From Basidiobolus meristosporus CBS 931.73 (Eukaryota; Fungi; Basidiobolomycota), in assembly GCA_002104905.1 (NCBI GenBank), contig MCFE01000603.1, forward strand, positions 1 to 54,151: 54,151 bases of DNA, given 5' to 3'. The notes below the pieces were generated by a model. It saw nothing but the letters and a program-made list of their open reading frames with translations. It had not been told where the DNA came from and ran no database searches. Below are positions 12,484 to 24,414 of the stretch, piece after piece (within the stretch, counting starts at the first letter, position 1; every line of letters begins with the position of its first letter). Made by a program: the position numbers and the translations under genes.

Positions 12484-14218
12484 ATGCTCAAGAATGAGCT
12501 TGCTAAGTTGCCAAGCTCAAGAACCCCAAACTTCAGAAATGAGTTTACTCTGTGCACAGATGCTTCAGACTATACATTTGGTGGAATACCAACCCAAGAA
12601 CATGAGGGAAAGAACTACCCAGTTGCTTTTGAGTCTAAATAGCTGAACTCAGCAGAACAAAACTATCAAGTGGATGAGAAGTAGATGCTTGCCATAATAC
12701 ACTGCATGAAGACCAGAAGATGCTACATTGAAGGAGTCAAGTGCACTGTGAAGACTGATCACTTTGCACTCAAGTATATATTTACTCAGAAAGTACTCTT
12801 CAGATGGATGACAACAGGGAATGAATATTTTTTGCAATTTGACTTGGATATTGTCTACTGCCCTGGGAAAAACAACACAGTTGCTGAAGCTGCATCAAGG
12901 CTAGAACAAGTTGCAGAACTCAACCTGGTGTATGAATCAGATTGGCCTAGCTTATTACCAGAGTACTTGGAGGACCAAGCCCTTCCTAATGAGGTGGATG
13001 AATCAATCAAGAAGAAAATCCAGGGTGAAGCCAGCAAATTTATAGTTTAGAATAAAATACTCTACCAATTTGTTGATGGAAGCCCTGTTGTCTATTGCCC
13101 TTATGTTGTTTGCCTGGATTTAATACATAAGCTGCACAATGGATATGGACATCTTGGAGTTGAAGGAACCTATAACCTTGTAAAGCTAGGTCTTGGTGGC
13201 CCCAAATGGAACAAAATATTGAGAAGCTAGTGAAAACATGCCCAAATTGCCAAATCAACCAAGGCCAACCACAGAGAATTGCTTAGCTCTTTCCCTTAGA
13301 GCCTGTGGGAGCATTTAGAAGATGGGGAATTGACATTATTGGAAGACTGCCAACCACCAGGATATGCAACCATTGGATCCTAGTTGCAATAGACCATGTC
13401 ACTAATTGGCCAGTGGCTAAAGTGGTACCTGTAGCCAATGAACAAAAAGTTGCAAGTTTCATCTACTATAAGATCCTTTTAAAGTTTGGATGCCCTTTAG
13501 AGATTTATTCATCAGAGGTGCAAACTGCATGGCAAAAAACATTGGAATCTTACCTGGAAATGCAGCAGATCAAACACTTGAAAGTCTCAGCATACCACCA
13601 TAGATCTAATAGAGTCACTGAGAGGTTTGATAGAATATTTGGGAAAAATGCTGATCAAGTATGCAAGTGGAGGTTCCAGTAGATGGGGTATGTATATAGA
13701 CCAAGCACTTTTTGCCTGAAGTGTTAGAGTAAACTGTACAACCCAACATTCCCCATTTTACTTAGTGTATGGATGTGAACCAAGGATTCCAGGAAATATC
13801 ACAAAAACAAAGCTAACAGATGCCTTAGAAGATGAACTCAGTCAGCCAAGTAGACACCAACAGCTGGAACAAAGAAGTCAAGAGGCACAGGTCAAAGTAT
13901 TTTTGAATGCAGAAAAGATGAAGCAGAGACTTGATAAGACTATATCACCTGAGGCATTGACAGTTGGGAACATTGTATTTCTACAAAACAATACATAGAA
14001 GAAGTTTGAGTCACAATGGACAGGACCCTTCAGGATCATCAGAGAATGTTCATTTGCCGCTTACCAAGTAGTGGACAAACAAGGTAATATCTGGGAAGAC
14101 TTAGTTCATAGCAATAGACTCATCCTAGCAAGACTTGCTGACAATACTGAACCATCAAGGTATTGGTATCACAAGAAAAGAGACTCAAAAGAACCCTCCC
14201 AACTTTAGCAAGGGAGAG
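12484..14218 (+). pseudogene. pol: Ty3/Gypsy pol remnant G1: RT-RNase H linker, RNase H, H2C2 zinc finger, integrase core and C-terminus
   Basis: FTLCTDASDY, VKTDHFALKY, GHLG...TCPNCQ, WGIDIIG.LP, and WTGPFRI. Followed by the PPT AGGGAGAG (14211-14218). Confidence 0.9.
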
Positions 14219-14862
14219 TGTTATGATCTACTGCTTGAATGTTAGAGTTAGATCAGTTTTTAATCAAATCAGTTAGCTTTATACCTAGCCAATCAGTATA
14301 TCAGTGTTATCTATTAGTTCAGTGGTATTAGTCAGCAGATAAAATCAGCAGATCCTTATCATACAGAAATAGATATACTAAGTGTCATATAACTGGGTGA
14401 TGATGAGACCATCAAATGAGTCATCAGCCACAACCTGCAATAGGACATACAATTAGTCAGCAATTGATCTGGCAAAATGTGTTACAAGTCTTGGTATAAG
14501 AGTTGTAGAGGAATAGGGAGTTTAGCTAGTATTGTATTCACTAAAACTTGAACTGATTTTTATTGAGGTTCCAGCAGCTCCTTAAATACATTTTGCCAGA
14601 TCAATTGCTGACCAATGGTATTTCCTAATGTATGTTGTGGCTGATGACTCATTTGATTGCATCATCATCACCCAATAAGATCCTACTTAATATATCTATT
14701 TCTGTCTGATAAGGATCTGCTGATTCATTTCCTGACTAATGCTACTGATTTCATAGATAATACTGATATACTGATAACCTAAACATATACTAATTGATTT
14801 GACTAAAAACTGATCTAACTTAAACATTCAAGCGGCAGATCATAACAAATGTATATAAGGTG
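14219..14862 (+). mobile_element. 3' LTR of Gypsy G1, truncated and interrupted by an inverted solo LTR of the same family
   Basis: Starts TGTTATGATC directly after the PPT. Resumes after the insertion as TATATAAGG (14852-14860), then joins unrelated sequence. Confidence 0.75.
14480..14847 (-). mobile_element. Solo LTR (368 bp) of Gypsy family G1 in inverted orientation
   Basis: TGTTA...TAACA termini and a 4-bp TSD AATG (14476-14479, 14848-14851). About 260 bp is the reverse complement of 14219-14480. Confidence 0.8.
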
Positions 14863-15850
14863 CAAAAATGGATGTACCAGGCAGCACTTGTCAAGAAGAA
14901 AACAAAGGCCAATATAAGAAGCACACAGTCCAAGTAGTAGTGAAAGACTTGGCAGTGATAAAGGAAAAGGTAAAGGGAAAAAGTTTACCTAAGCCAGAAA
15001 CAGGATGTCTATGAAAAAAGCTACATTTCTTACCAATTAATGCCATAAGCCAGGAATAGACTGAATACCATCATTCCCAAGAAGAATTATCAATAAGAAA
15101 ACAACTGTTTTCACAGGAGTTGGAAGCACAGGAAGTTGGGCTGCACTCTAGCAAAGTACATGAGTTTGCAGAAAAGGCAATTTGTCTACCACAGCCTCTA
15201 CGTCAATCATTGTTGACAGAGTGGAGATTGCACAGACAGACAAAGTAGCAGTGTCAAGAATGCAAAAGGTTACCATAATGCCTTCAGTGGAATTTTGGGA
15301 CATCAAAAGGCACACCAAGAGGTTGCAGCACTTCTTCAAGAGCAGTGCTCAAGAAAATGCACTTGAACACTGCATGGATCTATTGCAAAGACTGACAGAT
15401 GAGGTGCTAGACCTTGCAGTGCCAGCTGAAGACCCAAATATTTGGGACCAGTGAGTGAATAATGGCATGAATCTGCAGGGTCTCCACCACAGTCATGGAA
15501 ACAGAGCGTTACAGCAGAAAAACCTATGGGTGGTGAGTTTTAATGGAGTTACTTGCTGAGTGTGGGTTGGGCTCAATGTTAGTGTGGGGTATAGGGACTT
15601 GTATTGGTCAATACAATTGGCAATTGAGGTACATGGAAGTTTAAATAGAGATAAACACTATGTACTCATGAAAAGTAAGAGAAGCAGTTGAGTCAGGAAG
15701 TAAGGAGTGTGAAAGAGAGGCAATAGCCAATCAAGGCACATAATTATCAGAGGTGATAGAATGTATGTGATCAGAAAGTGAGAAAATTGGCAGAGAACTA
15801 ACAAGAAGCCACTTTTGTATTGTTGTAATCAGAAATTTTGACTAAGTTTT
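14863..15850 (+). pseudogene. 3' fragment of the CMC element accessory ORF (ORF2) plus downstream sequence
   Basis: ORF 15182-15454 (KRLQHFFKSSAQENALE.C.DLLQRL.DEVLDLAV) is homologous to 17496-17759 and 16377-16763. Right boundary approximate. Confidence 0.7.
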
Positions 15851-15959
15851 TTGTGAAATCTGGGGTGCAATAAATCTTTGATAGTCTTTGCAAGGTTTCC
15901 TGATGTGATCAATACCTATTAGTTACAGGGCTTGGAATTTGTGATGGCCTTTTGATGGG

Positions 15960-17064
15960 ATCATCACAATAATTTTTTGTAGGGTACATGAGTGGCTTTT
16001 GATGGGTCCTCTGCCGATTCTCTAACTTTCTGATCACAGACACTCTATCACCTCCTACAATTGTGTATTGGTTGGCTATTGCCTTGCTTTCATGCTCTTT
16101 ACTACCTGACTCAATTGATTCTCTTCCTTTACATGAATACAAATTTGTTTATTTCTGTTAAAACTTCAGTGGTACCTCAATTGCCAATTGTACTGCCCTA
16201 TACAAGTCCCTATACCCAACACTCACATTATGCCCAACCCCACACTCAACATGAAACTCCATTAAAATCAACCATTCAATAAATATTTTTACTCTAGCAC
16301 CCTTTTTCCATGACTTCAGCTGGAACACTGCAGGTTTATGCCACCTTTATATCACAGGTTCTCATATATCCTAGTCTTAAGTCAGCACTGCAAGGTCCAG
16401 CATCTCATCTTCTAGTCTTTGCAATAAATCCTTGCAGTATTCACACTCATTTTCTGGAGCACTACTCTTGAAGAAGTGCTGCAACCTTTTGGTGCACCTA
16501 GTAATTTTCCCAAATTCTACAGAAGGCATTGTGATAGCCTCTTGGGTATGTGACAATGTTGTGTTGTCTGTAAGTGGTATCTCCACTCTGCCCACAACAA
16601 AGGATGGGGAGGCAGTGGTAGACAAATTGCTTTTCTCTGCAAACTCATTTACCCCACTGGAGTGTATCTTAACTGGTTGTGCTTTCAACTTTTGAGAAAA
16701 TAGCTTTGGTCTTGCTGATAATTCTTTGTGACTCTGATAGAATTCAGCCTTTTCTGGGCTCACAGCATTAATTGGTGAGAACTGCAGCTTTTCTTTAGTG
16801 CTTGCCTGTCTCTGGGCTGAGTAGACTTTTTTCTCTTAAACCCTACCTTTATCACTGCCAATTCTTTCACTCCTACCTGGACTATGTACTTCTTGAATTG
16901 TCCTTTGCTTTCTTCATGATGAATGCTGCACAGGTGCATCCATTTTTGCCTTCCTGTCTCCTGCCAACACTGTGTTGGCAGCTCAATGCTTCTTTGTTGC
17001 TTGTTTGAAGCTTTCAGCCTGGCTTGTGACAAGATCTTAAGAAAGCTGCTGGTCTTGAGCCATG
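15960..17064 (-). pseudogene. Second 3' fragment of CMC ORF2, inverted relative to 14863-15850
   Basis: ORFs 16377-16763 and 16760-17080 align with 17496-18420 at nucleotide level. Left boundary approximate. Confidence 0.7.
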
Positions 17065-17396
17065 AAGCCCCACATAGCACTCAAACAAAGTTTTGGAGAT
17101 GTTCAACAACTGAGGAATATCAGGCCTTATTGGAGAATAGGACTTGGGACTTAATAAAATTACCAATCAACCAAAAATCAATTGGATGCCAATGGGTCTT
17201 CAAAACAAAATACAAGGCTGATGGTACAATTGAAAGATACAAAGTAAGACTTGTGGCCAAAGGATACGCTCAAACAAAAGGACTTGACTATACTGAAACC
17301 TTTGCACTGGTAGCCAAGTTTAATTCCATCAGATTAATATTGGCTATTGCAGCAAAATATAAGTTTTTTATTCATCAAATGGATGTAGAAACTGCT
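17065..17396 (+). mobile_element. Isolated internal Copia RT fragment without LTRs
   Basis: Encodes TKFW...EEYQAL.EN.TWDL.KLP...WVFKTKYKADGTIERYK.RLVAKG...HQMDV.TA. Confidence 0.85.
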
Positions 17397-17495
17397 TATT
17401 ATCCACCACTCTATAGGTAGTTCTGCTGTAATGCGCTGTTTCCATGAGTCTGGTGGGAACCCAACAGCTGTTTACCGCTGCTCATTCACTGGTTC

Positions 17496-19360
17496 TCACA
17501 TGTCCTGGTCTTCAGCCAGCACTGCAAGGTCCAGCACCTCATCTGCCAGTCTTTGCAATAAATCCTTGCAATATTCAAGTGCATTCTCTTGAGCACTGCT
17601 CTTGAAGAAGTGCTGCAACCTCTTAGTGTGCCTATTGATGTTCCAAAATTCAGCTGAAGGCATTGTTATATTCCCTTGAGCTCTTGATTTATTGGCCTTG
17701 TCTGTTAGTGGGATCTCCACTCTGTCAATAACAGAGGATGTGGAGGCTGTGGTGGACAAATTGCCTTTTTCTGCAAATTCATCTACCCTGCGAGAGTGTA
17801 GCTCAGCTGCCTGTGCTTCCAGCTCTTGTGAAAATAGCTGTTCTCTTGTTGGTAATTCTTCTTAGCTATGATGATATTCAGTCTGTTCTGGGCTTACAGC
17901 ATTAATTGGCAAGAATTGCAGTTTTTTTTGTATGCAACCTGCTGCAGGCTTGGGTAGACATCTTTCCCTTGACCTTTTACTTTATCACCACCATGTCTTT
18001 ATCTGCTTCTCTGTATGAGTGTATCTTGTAATGAATTATGCTATCTCCTTTGCAAATTCTGCTCTGATGTATCTATTTTGGCCTGCTTATCCCTTGCTGG
18101 CACTCTCCTGGCAACCTGATATTACTTTATTGCTTGGTTTGAGCTCTCAGTTATTGTCATGAAAGGCTCCTGAGAAAGCCACCAGGAAAATCACTGGTTT
18201 TTATCACTGCCAGGTCCTTTGTTGCTACTTTGACTGAGTGCTTCTTAAGTGATACTATGCATTTTCCTTGATAAATGTTGTGCTGGTGCATGCATGTCTG
18301 CTTGATTGTCCCTTGTTGGCATGCTTCCAGTTACCTGGCATCTCTTTGATGCTTGTTTAGAACTTTCAGCCCTGCTTGTAATGGGCTCTTGAGGAAGCCA
18401 CTGGTTTTTAGCCATGGCTCCCTTATTCTTGCACCTTTGATAGCTTTTACTATTCTGGAGCTATTTCTTTGCATGCCATTGTTGGCTCAGAATCCATTTG
18501 CCTGTTTGAATCCAGGACTATACTCATGAACCAAGTCAAGCACTTTCTACTTGGCCTTGAGTTCCTGATGGTTTCATGGTATGCAGGCCTTAGGGTGGTG
18601 GCATGCAAGGCTTCAGACAGCCTCTTGACTATTTGCCCACTCTTCATTATTGCACTCAATGGCTTCACACATATTCAATGTCTTTTGACTTTTAGGCCTT
18701 GGTATAAACACCACATTGTCTCCCTCCCATGCTGTTGTAGGCTTTTCCTTGGGCTTTATCTTTGGGTACTGTTGTTGTGCTTTAAAGACTGTACAGAGTT
18801 CCTCTTCTGTTACACTGGGAAATGGCTCAGTTCTTGGCTGTGACATTGAGCTATTTGAGCTCCTTCTTTGAAGCAATGATACTGCTTTCCCTACCAGGAA
18901 TATTGATTGTTCTATAACTTTTATCAGCTTATCCTGCTTCTGGACTATTTCCTGATTTCCCTGGGCCTTTGCATCTATCCTGTCAGCCACTTCACCTAAT
19001 TGATTTATTGATGATTGGTATAAGCTGAAACATACTTGCTCATATGGGTGGTGGTGATGTTGTTATGGCCACTTGCTGGACTTCAGCTTAAGATACTGCA
19101 TTTGCTACACTCTTGTCTGTCTGAGCATAACAGTCAGCTTATGGCTCTGCAGAGATTCTGACTTGCCTACTTGACTGAGAGCCTGAGGAGTCTGCATTAT
19201 TACTTTCAGTGGGCACACTGTCAACATAGCCTTTTTTGGATGTAGCCCTGATTGTTGCACTGAGTATCAAAGCAAGCTGTTGTCCAACCATTTGTCTGCT
19301 GTCATCAGCAGTGGGGCTTGTTTAAGAACTAGATAACCTTGCTTTGTTTTTTGGCAGCAT
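17496..19360 (-). pseudogene. CMC element ORF2 (roughly 620 codons, degraded; predicted coiled-coil plus a conserved helical domain)
   Basis: ATG at 19360 (MLPKK, matching MPPKNK at 32037 in copy E2). Fragments 18613-18990 and 17496-17759. Confidence 0.6.
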
Positions 19361-19699
19361 ACATATGGAAATGAGTGAAACCAAAGGGGGAATAGTGTTA
19401 CATATAGATGTGTATGTGGTGCCACAACCTTATTTATAATGCTCACTATGGCAAGTCATCATTGAAATATATATATACATGCAGGTAGGTGCAATGTCTC
19501 AAATACAAGACTGTCTTAGATTCACTTAAGTATTGACCAAAAAGTGATATAATAGCATTACCTTGTTAAAGGTCAAACTGTTTGCCCCATGGACAAGACT
19601 ACCTAGATTCAACACCATAAGAGAAGAGAAAAAAGACCATGTGGCTATAGTGACAAGCCGCTTAGCCATGAAACATGCAGACAGCATAGGATGCTTGCA

Positions 19700-21760
19700 A
19701 GGATCATGGCAAGTGTTTTGCCACACAAGTTATATTTGACCATTCATCAGTATCTACTGTACCAATATTATCTTGCCAGCCAGTTGATATTTTTATATTG
19801 GCACCTGGCTCTCTTTGTCACCTTGTGCCAACTGAGTCAGGTGAGTGTGTAATGCATTTGGACTTACCTCAGCCTTCTGAATATGGCATGTGGAGTGAGA
19901 ACACTGACAAAGAAGGCTCACTAATGAATTGTGTGCCTATCTCCCCTAACTACAATACTACTCCTGAGCCCAGTCAAATTCCAGTATACAATGAGACAAT
20001 ACCCATTGTAACTAATGTTAAGGATCCATTATGGAGCCAAGTAAACCCAGTTATCCATCTGCTGGTGAATGATGTAATGTTGTGGCTAGAGAAGTGGCAT
20101 ATATCCACTAATATCAGTAATAAGGGCTTTGAGGATTTGTTATTACTTTTTCCCAAGATCATTCCGGGATGAAACTTACCAAGTACATAGTACAAGTGGA
20201 CAATTTTTGTGCGGCTGGCAACATATGACTCTGACACTGACCTGATTCCAGCATGTGTTAACAGTTGCATGGCATTTGCATCCAAAAGTGCAATCATTGC
20301 AACATGTCCAAGTTGTCAGGAATCCACCATCATTGAGAGAAAACATCTCTCACACTCTAAATATATTCCAGTAATACCCCATCTAGAGAAGCTCATGCTG
20401 TGTGACAAATATTGCAAAGCTATGATGTACCACACTCAGTATCAATCAAGCGCAAACATATCCAATATATTTGATGGCAAACATTACAAACAGCTAAGAA
20501 GCAAGGGCTACTTTGAAGGTACTTATGATCATGCCTTTGCCTTGGCACTTGATGGATTCTTATTAGGCAGGTACCCTACCAGCAAATCCTGCTGGCCACT
20601 GCTTCTCATCAACCTGAATCTGCTGCCTATCTTATGGTATCAGAGCAAAAATCTGATGGAAGACTCACTGGTATCTGTGCCTAAATCACCATCCAACCTG
20701 GATAGCTACATGTATCTATTGCTGTATGAATTTTGTATGCTTTCAGGCAGGATAACAGTCAGTGGCTGTTATGTCAAAGTGCATATTACTTTCTGCATTG
20801 GAGATACCCCAGCCATCAGCAAGATTGCTGGCTTTTTGGGGCACAATGGACAGTATTGCTGTCAAATGTGTGAGATCCAGGGCATATACTCCATAACTTG
20901 CACACATTATTATTGTTAAACTCCAATACTAAGAACATCATCTTCTCACAGAGAGAAAGAACAGAAGTCAGCAGGCAATTACAGCAAAATTGGTAAGCTA
21001 TAAGCCATTGGCCAGAAATATGGAGTCAATTGGAAACCAGAAATACTTAAGATAGAGGCTATATGATGGAGGAAAAGCTTTTTACTGAGGGGCAATGCAT
21101 TTGCTTTTCAACAATATCCCTATACTGATGAATAGGCTGTAAAAGGGGCATTTCAAGCTAAATGAGCCCTTCAGGATACCAGAGAAATTTGTAGGAATTG
21201 GCAAGACTTTACAGACTATCTGTAACCCAAAGTACTTCTCATGGACTCCAATCAATATGTATACTCATATGCAACAGCACAAATGTAAGGACTGGATCAG
21301 CTAGATATGCATTTATCCAAGTAGCCTTCTGAGGCCAATTCTACATAGAGCACATTGGGATCAATGGTAGTCATATGCTGACATTGTAGGAAAATCTATC
21401 TAAAAGCAGTTCCCAACTGTAACTTGATGCATCTACAGCTATTATTTAGGTGGTTTGTGATAGGATTCAAGCTGCTATACTGCAAGCACAAAGCTGAGCA
21501 CATGGATCTCTGCAGCTATTGTACTCATTCTCTACTCCATCTTGCTTGGTGTGTGGAAAATATTAGGCCTTGCTTCACCTTTTGGAGTTTCCTATAAAGT
21601 GGATGTGTAGGGAGATAGGAAGACAAGTCGAGTTGCAGGTATTACCAAGTCCCAATCACATCAAGAATCTTACCTTGAAGTCTGTCATGGATGAGGTGAG
21701 TTGGCACAAGGAGGACAGTCAGGAAGAGTTGGGAAAAACTGGGACAGATGTGTACATAGA
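19700..21760 (+). pseudogene. Transposase_21-family (CMC/EnSpm) transposase pseudogene
   Basis: ACVNSCMAF...CPSCQE, ALALDGF, SCWPLLLINLNL.P, PKSPSNLDSY, IGDTPAISKIAGFLGHNGQYCCQMC, and W.FP...MCREIG. Start approximate. Confidence 0.88.
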
Positions 21761-21762
21761 GA

Positions 21763-22119
21763 TGTTGCAAAATTCTGAGGAGTATTGGTGGTGATGTGGA
21801 GAACTAGAGGATTGACATGTTATTCACTTATAGATTTATTGATCAAAAGTATGATATTTATACTTTTGATAAAGTAGAGCAAACAAACTTTTAGAGCTTT
21901 TTAAGGAAGGTTCTAAGAATATGTGTGCAAAGTTTGTGGGCTTTTGGACAATTTTGAGAAAGATCATAATCTGTGCACTGGATAATTTGTGAAAATATTC
22001 CTAGTAAGTCCCAACAAGAAATTTGAGCAGGACAGAATGCTGATCAGAGAACAGAATCTATATGACTAAGTCAGAATGAATATTTAGGTCACAACTTAAT
22101 AATTACAGCACTCCCACTC
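21763..22119 (-). mobile_element. 3' LTR (21763-22110) and PPT of a diverged sister Copia family
   Basis: TGTTGCAAAA...TTACAGCA, 348 bp. Shares internal blocks with the main Copia LTR (AAGGAAGGT, ATGTGTGCAAAGTTTG, GAATATTTAGGT). Followed by CTCCCACTC. Confidence 0.75.
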
Positions 22120-23229
22120 GACAAAATATTCATGAGTGATAAATACATATCAAGAGTGTGCATTCTGTAATGAGCATATAAGATTTAACTGTGTTGCATA
22201 CTGGACTAATATATTATCTAACAGTATATGCATTTATGCTCAACTTATTTGAACAAGCAACTTGTAACTCAATGTGCATATCTACTTAATAGTACGCCTA
22301 GAAATCTGAATGGTCTGATCAAAATACTAATCATTTGCTTTTATCAGCTGTACAGACTTGTATAATGATCTAAGTCTAATTGTCAGATTGTAATAATGAT
22401 ATATAGTCTCTGGGCTATCCAATGCTTTTATTGAGCAAAATTGACCCACTTTTGGTCAAATTAAGGTTTTGTCATTTACAGCAGATCTGGAGTTTCCTTA
22501 TTTCCAGGCAAAGGTCCAAGTCATTTGGACAACTTTGGGCCAAAAAAAAACTTTTGCTCAGCTTTGAGCTGGGATGTCCTTCTCCCACTTGAGCCACATC
22601 TGCTTAGAGCTTCAAATCCACAAAAATGATCTAGAATGGCCATCTTTGTCTTCCTTAAGTAGCAGCAATTTTGTTTAGATAGATTACTTCATTTGCAGTA
22701 GATTTAAAGCCCATTTGCTTCTTGATTTTCCTGGGTTGGTATCAGAAAGGATCATTCTTTGGTCAGTAGCTTTTTTTAGAGTGCTTCCACTTATTTGGAG
22801 TGATATAACTGCTTTTGTCTTATCAGAATATACTTGCAGAGTAGAGATTGGTGCTTTTCTGGAAGTGCAACTCACCTTAATAAGGGCTTTGATTATCCTA
22901 ATTCTTCTGATAGTTATTTTCAGCCTTGAGCTTAGTTTGCAAGGCTAGCTGATCTTCTCAGTGTCCTCAAAATCCATAAAAACCATCTGGTTGATCCTTG
23001 CACCTTTTTCTTTCAGCTCCATAGTGAGCAGACATCAAGACTTCTGCATTAGATAATTTACTCCAATACATGCAATAATATCTGACAGATCTTGTTGAGG
23101 TTTCCAGGCTCTTCTGGGGTTTCTGGCTTGTGAACTTTGTATAAGAGGCTCCATGCAGCATATCTGCATTTTCAGATAGTCCAAATATTGCCTACACAGG
23201 TTTTGGCTCCATTCTTATGCTTGGCTACA

Positions 23230-24414
23230 ACCAAGCAATCATTCTATGTGGACTTGTAACTGAAGAAGGGAGATTGTCTGATCCTGCAGAACTTTCATTG
23301 GCGCTAAATTAGGAGACACCAAGCAGTATTCATCAAGTCAGACAACTATTGGACCTACTGGTCTATTCAGAATCTGGATCAAGAACTATGCTCATATTGC
23401 CAAGCCACTGACTTGGCTATTACAGAAAAACGAGAACTTTGAGTGGCATGAAGAACAAGCAAATGCTATGTTGGCATTACTTGAGTCATTATGTGAGCCA
23501 CCTGTCCTAGCAGCTATATACTGCAGTGTTATTGATTTACAACCAATCATTATATTGGTAAATAGCTCAGAAATTTGGGTTGGGGGAAGCATGATTCAAG
23601 TTTCAAAAAATCTTCATCAAGAACCTTGCAAATATCTCAGTAGACTTTTCAGAGGAAATGAGCTTGATTATCCATCTATCAAGAAAGAGGCACCTGGAAT
23701 ACTCTATGTACTCAAGAAGCTAAAGCCATACTTATTAGGAGTACACTTGATGCTAGTGGTTGATGCCAAGTCATTATTAGGGATGTTGAATAAGTTAGAG
23801 CTTTTGCTTGATCCTATTATAGCACAGCAGATATCATATATCCAGATATTTGACTTTATGCTTCAGCACTTAGCAAGAGCCAATCACTAGGGACCAATGC
23901 TTTATCTAGAAAGCAACCAGACTCACTGTACTAAACTGATGATGATGATATTGATGAGTTTCTTGCAAACACAAGTCTTGGATTCTCACCCAGACATATG
24001 ATACAGAGCAATTATCAGCAAGTCAAAGAATTTCCTACATCTATCAAAGTTCCTACAAAGTATTGCACAAATTTTAAAAAGAAGGCTTTGAAGCTTGAAC
24101 AGCATGACAGCACACTTTTCAGAAAAAGCAAATGTGGAGTTCTTTGACAGTGAACACATAACAAACATGATCAAGAGAAGATCATTCAAGAATTGCATGA
24201 ATCTGAATCAGGAGGTCATAAGGGAGTTACATCAACATATGCAAAAATCTCCATATGGTGTTTTTGGCCACTACTATATACCAACACAAATGAATATGTG
24301 AAATTATGTATTGCATGTCAAAGAAGAGATGGTCAAAAGATGCATGAGCCACTTCACAGTATATGTACATCTTATACTTATTCATCTAGAAAGCTACGGC
24401 CTCCTGCTTACTAA
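23230..24414 (+). pseudogene. pol: Ty3/Gypsy pol remnant G2 (RT C-terminus, RNase H, H2C2 zinc finger), distinct from G1
   Basis: FRIWIKNYAHIAKPLT.LL.K...FEW, PCKYLSRLF, and ELHESESGGHKG...YVKLCIACQRR. Boundaries approximate. Confidence 0.8.

Larger units (their letters stand above)
17401..21762. mobile_element. CMC/EnSpm (CACTA-like) DNA transposon copy E1 with divergent ORF2 (-) and transposase (+); termini not identified
   Basis: Collinear, in inverse orientation, with 24415-33030. Truncated on the left by the Copia RT fragment and on the right by an LTR. Confidence 0.8.

Noticed and set aside
12484-14218. Linking the CpG-target LTR at 6377-12483 to Gypsy G1 as its own 5' LTR
   Set aside because: The LTR abuts the middle of pol with no PBS or gag, and G1 has a different 3' LTR at 14219. 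It is an insertion into G1.
14219-14847. 629-bp element with 260-bp TIRs (MITE, foldback or Ginger-like DNA transposon)
   Set aside because: No TSD flanks 14219-14847. The left arm follows a PPT, and an internal TGTTA terminus with an AATG TSD explains it as an inverted solo LTR inside an LTR.
15850-15960. CACTA/CACTG terminal inverted repeats of the CMC element
   Set aside because: No convincing terminal motif or TSD could be read here or at any other end. The termini appear truncated or too decayed.
19841-19872. Possible 32-nt intron (GTGAGT...CTYAC...CAG) conserved at 31531-31562
   Set aside because: The downstream frame is already open without splicing in both copies. The ATG that splicing would use (19706) looks like a CpG-decay product (CATGG versus CACAG). 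It needs RNA evidence.
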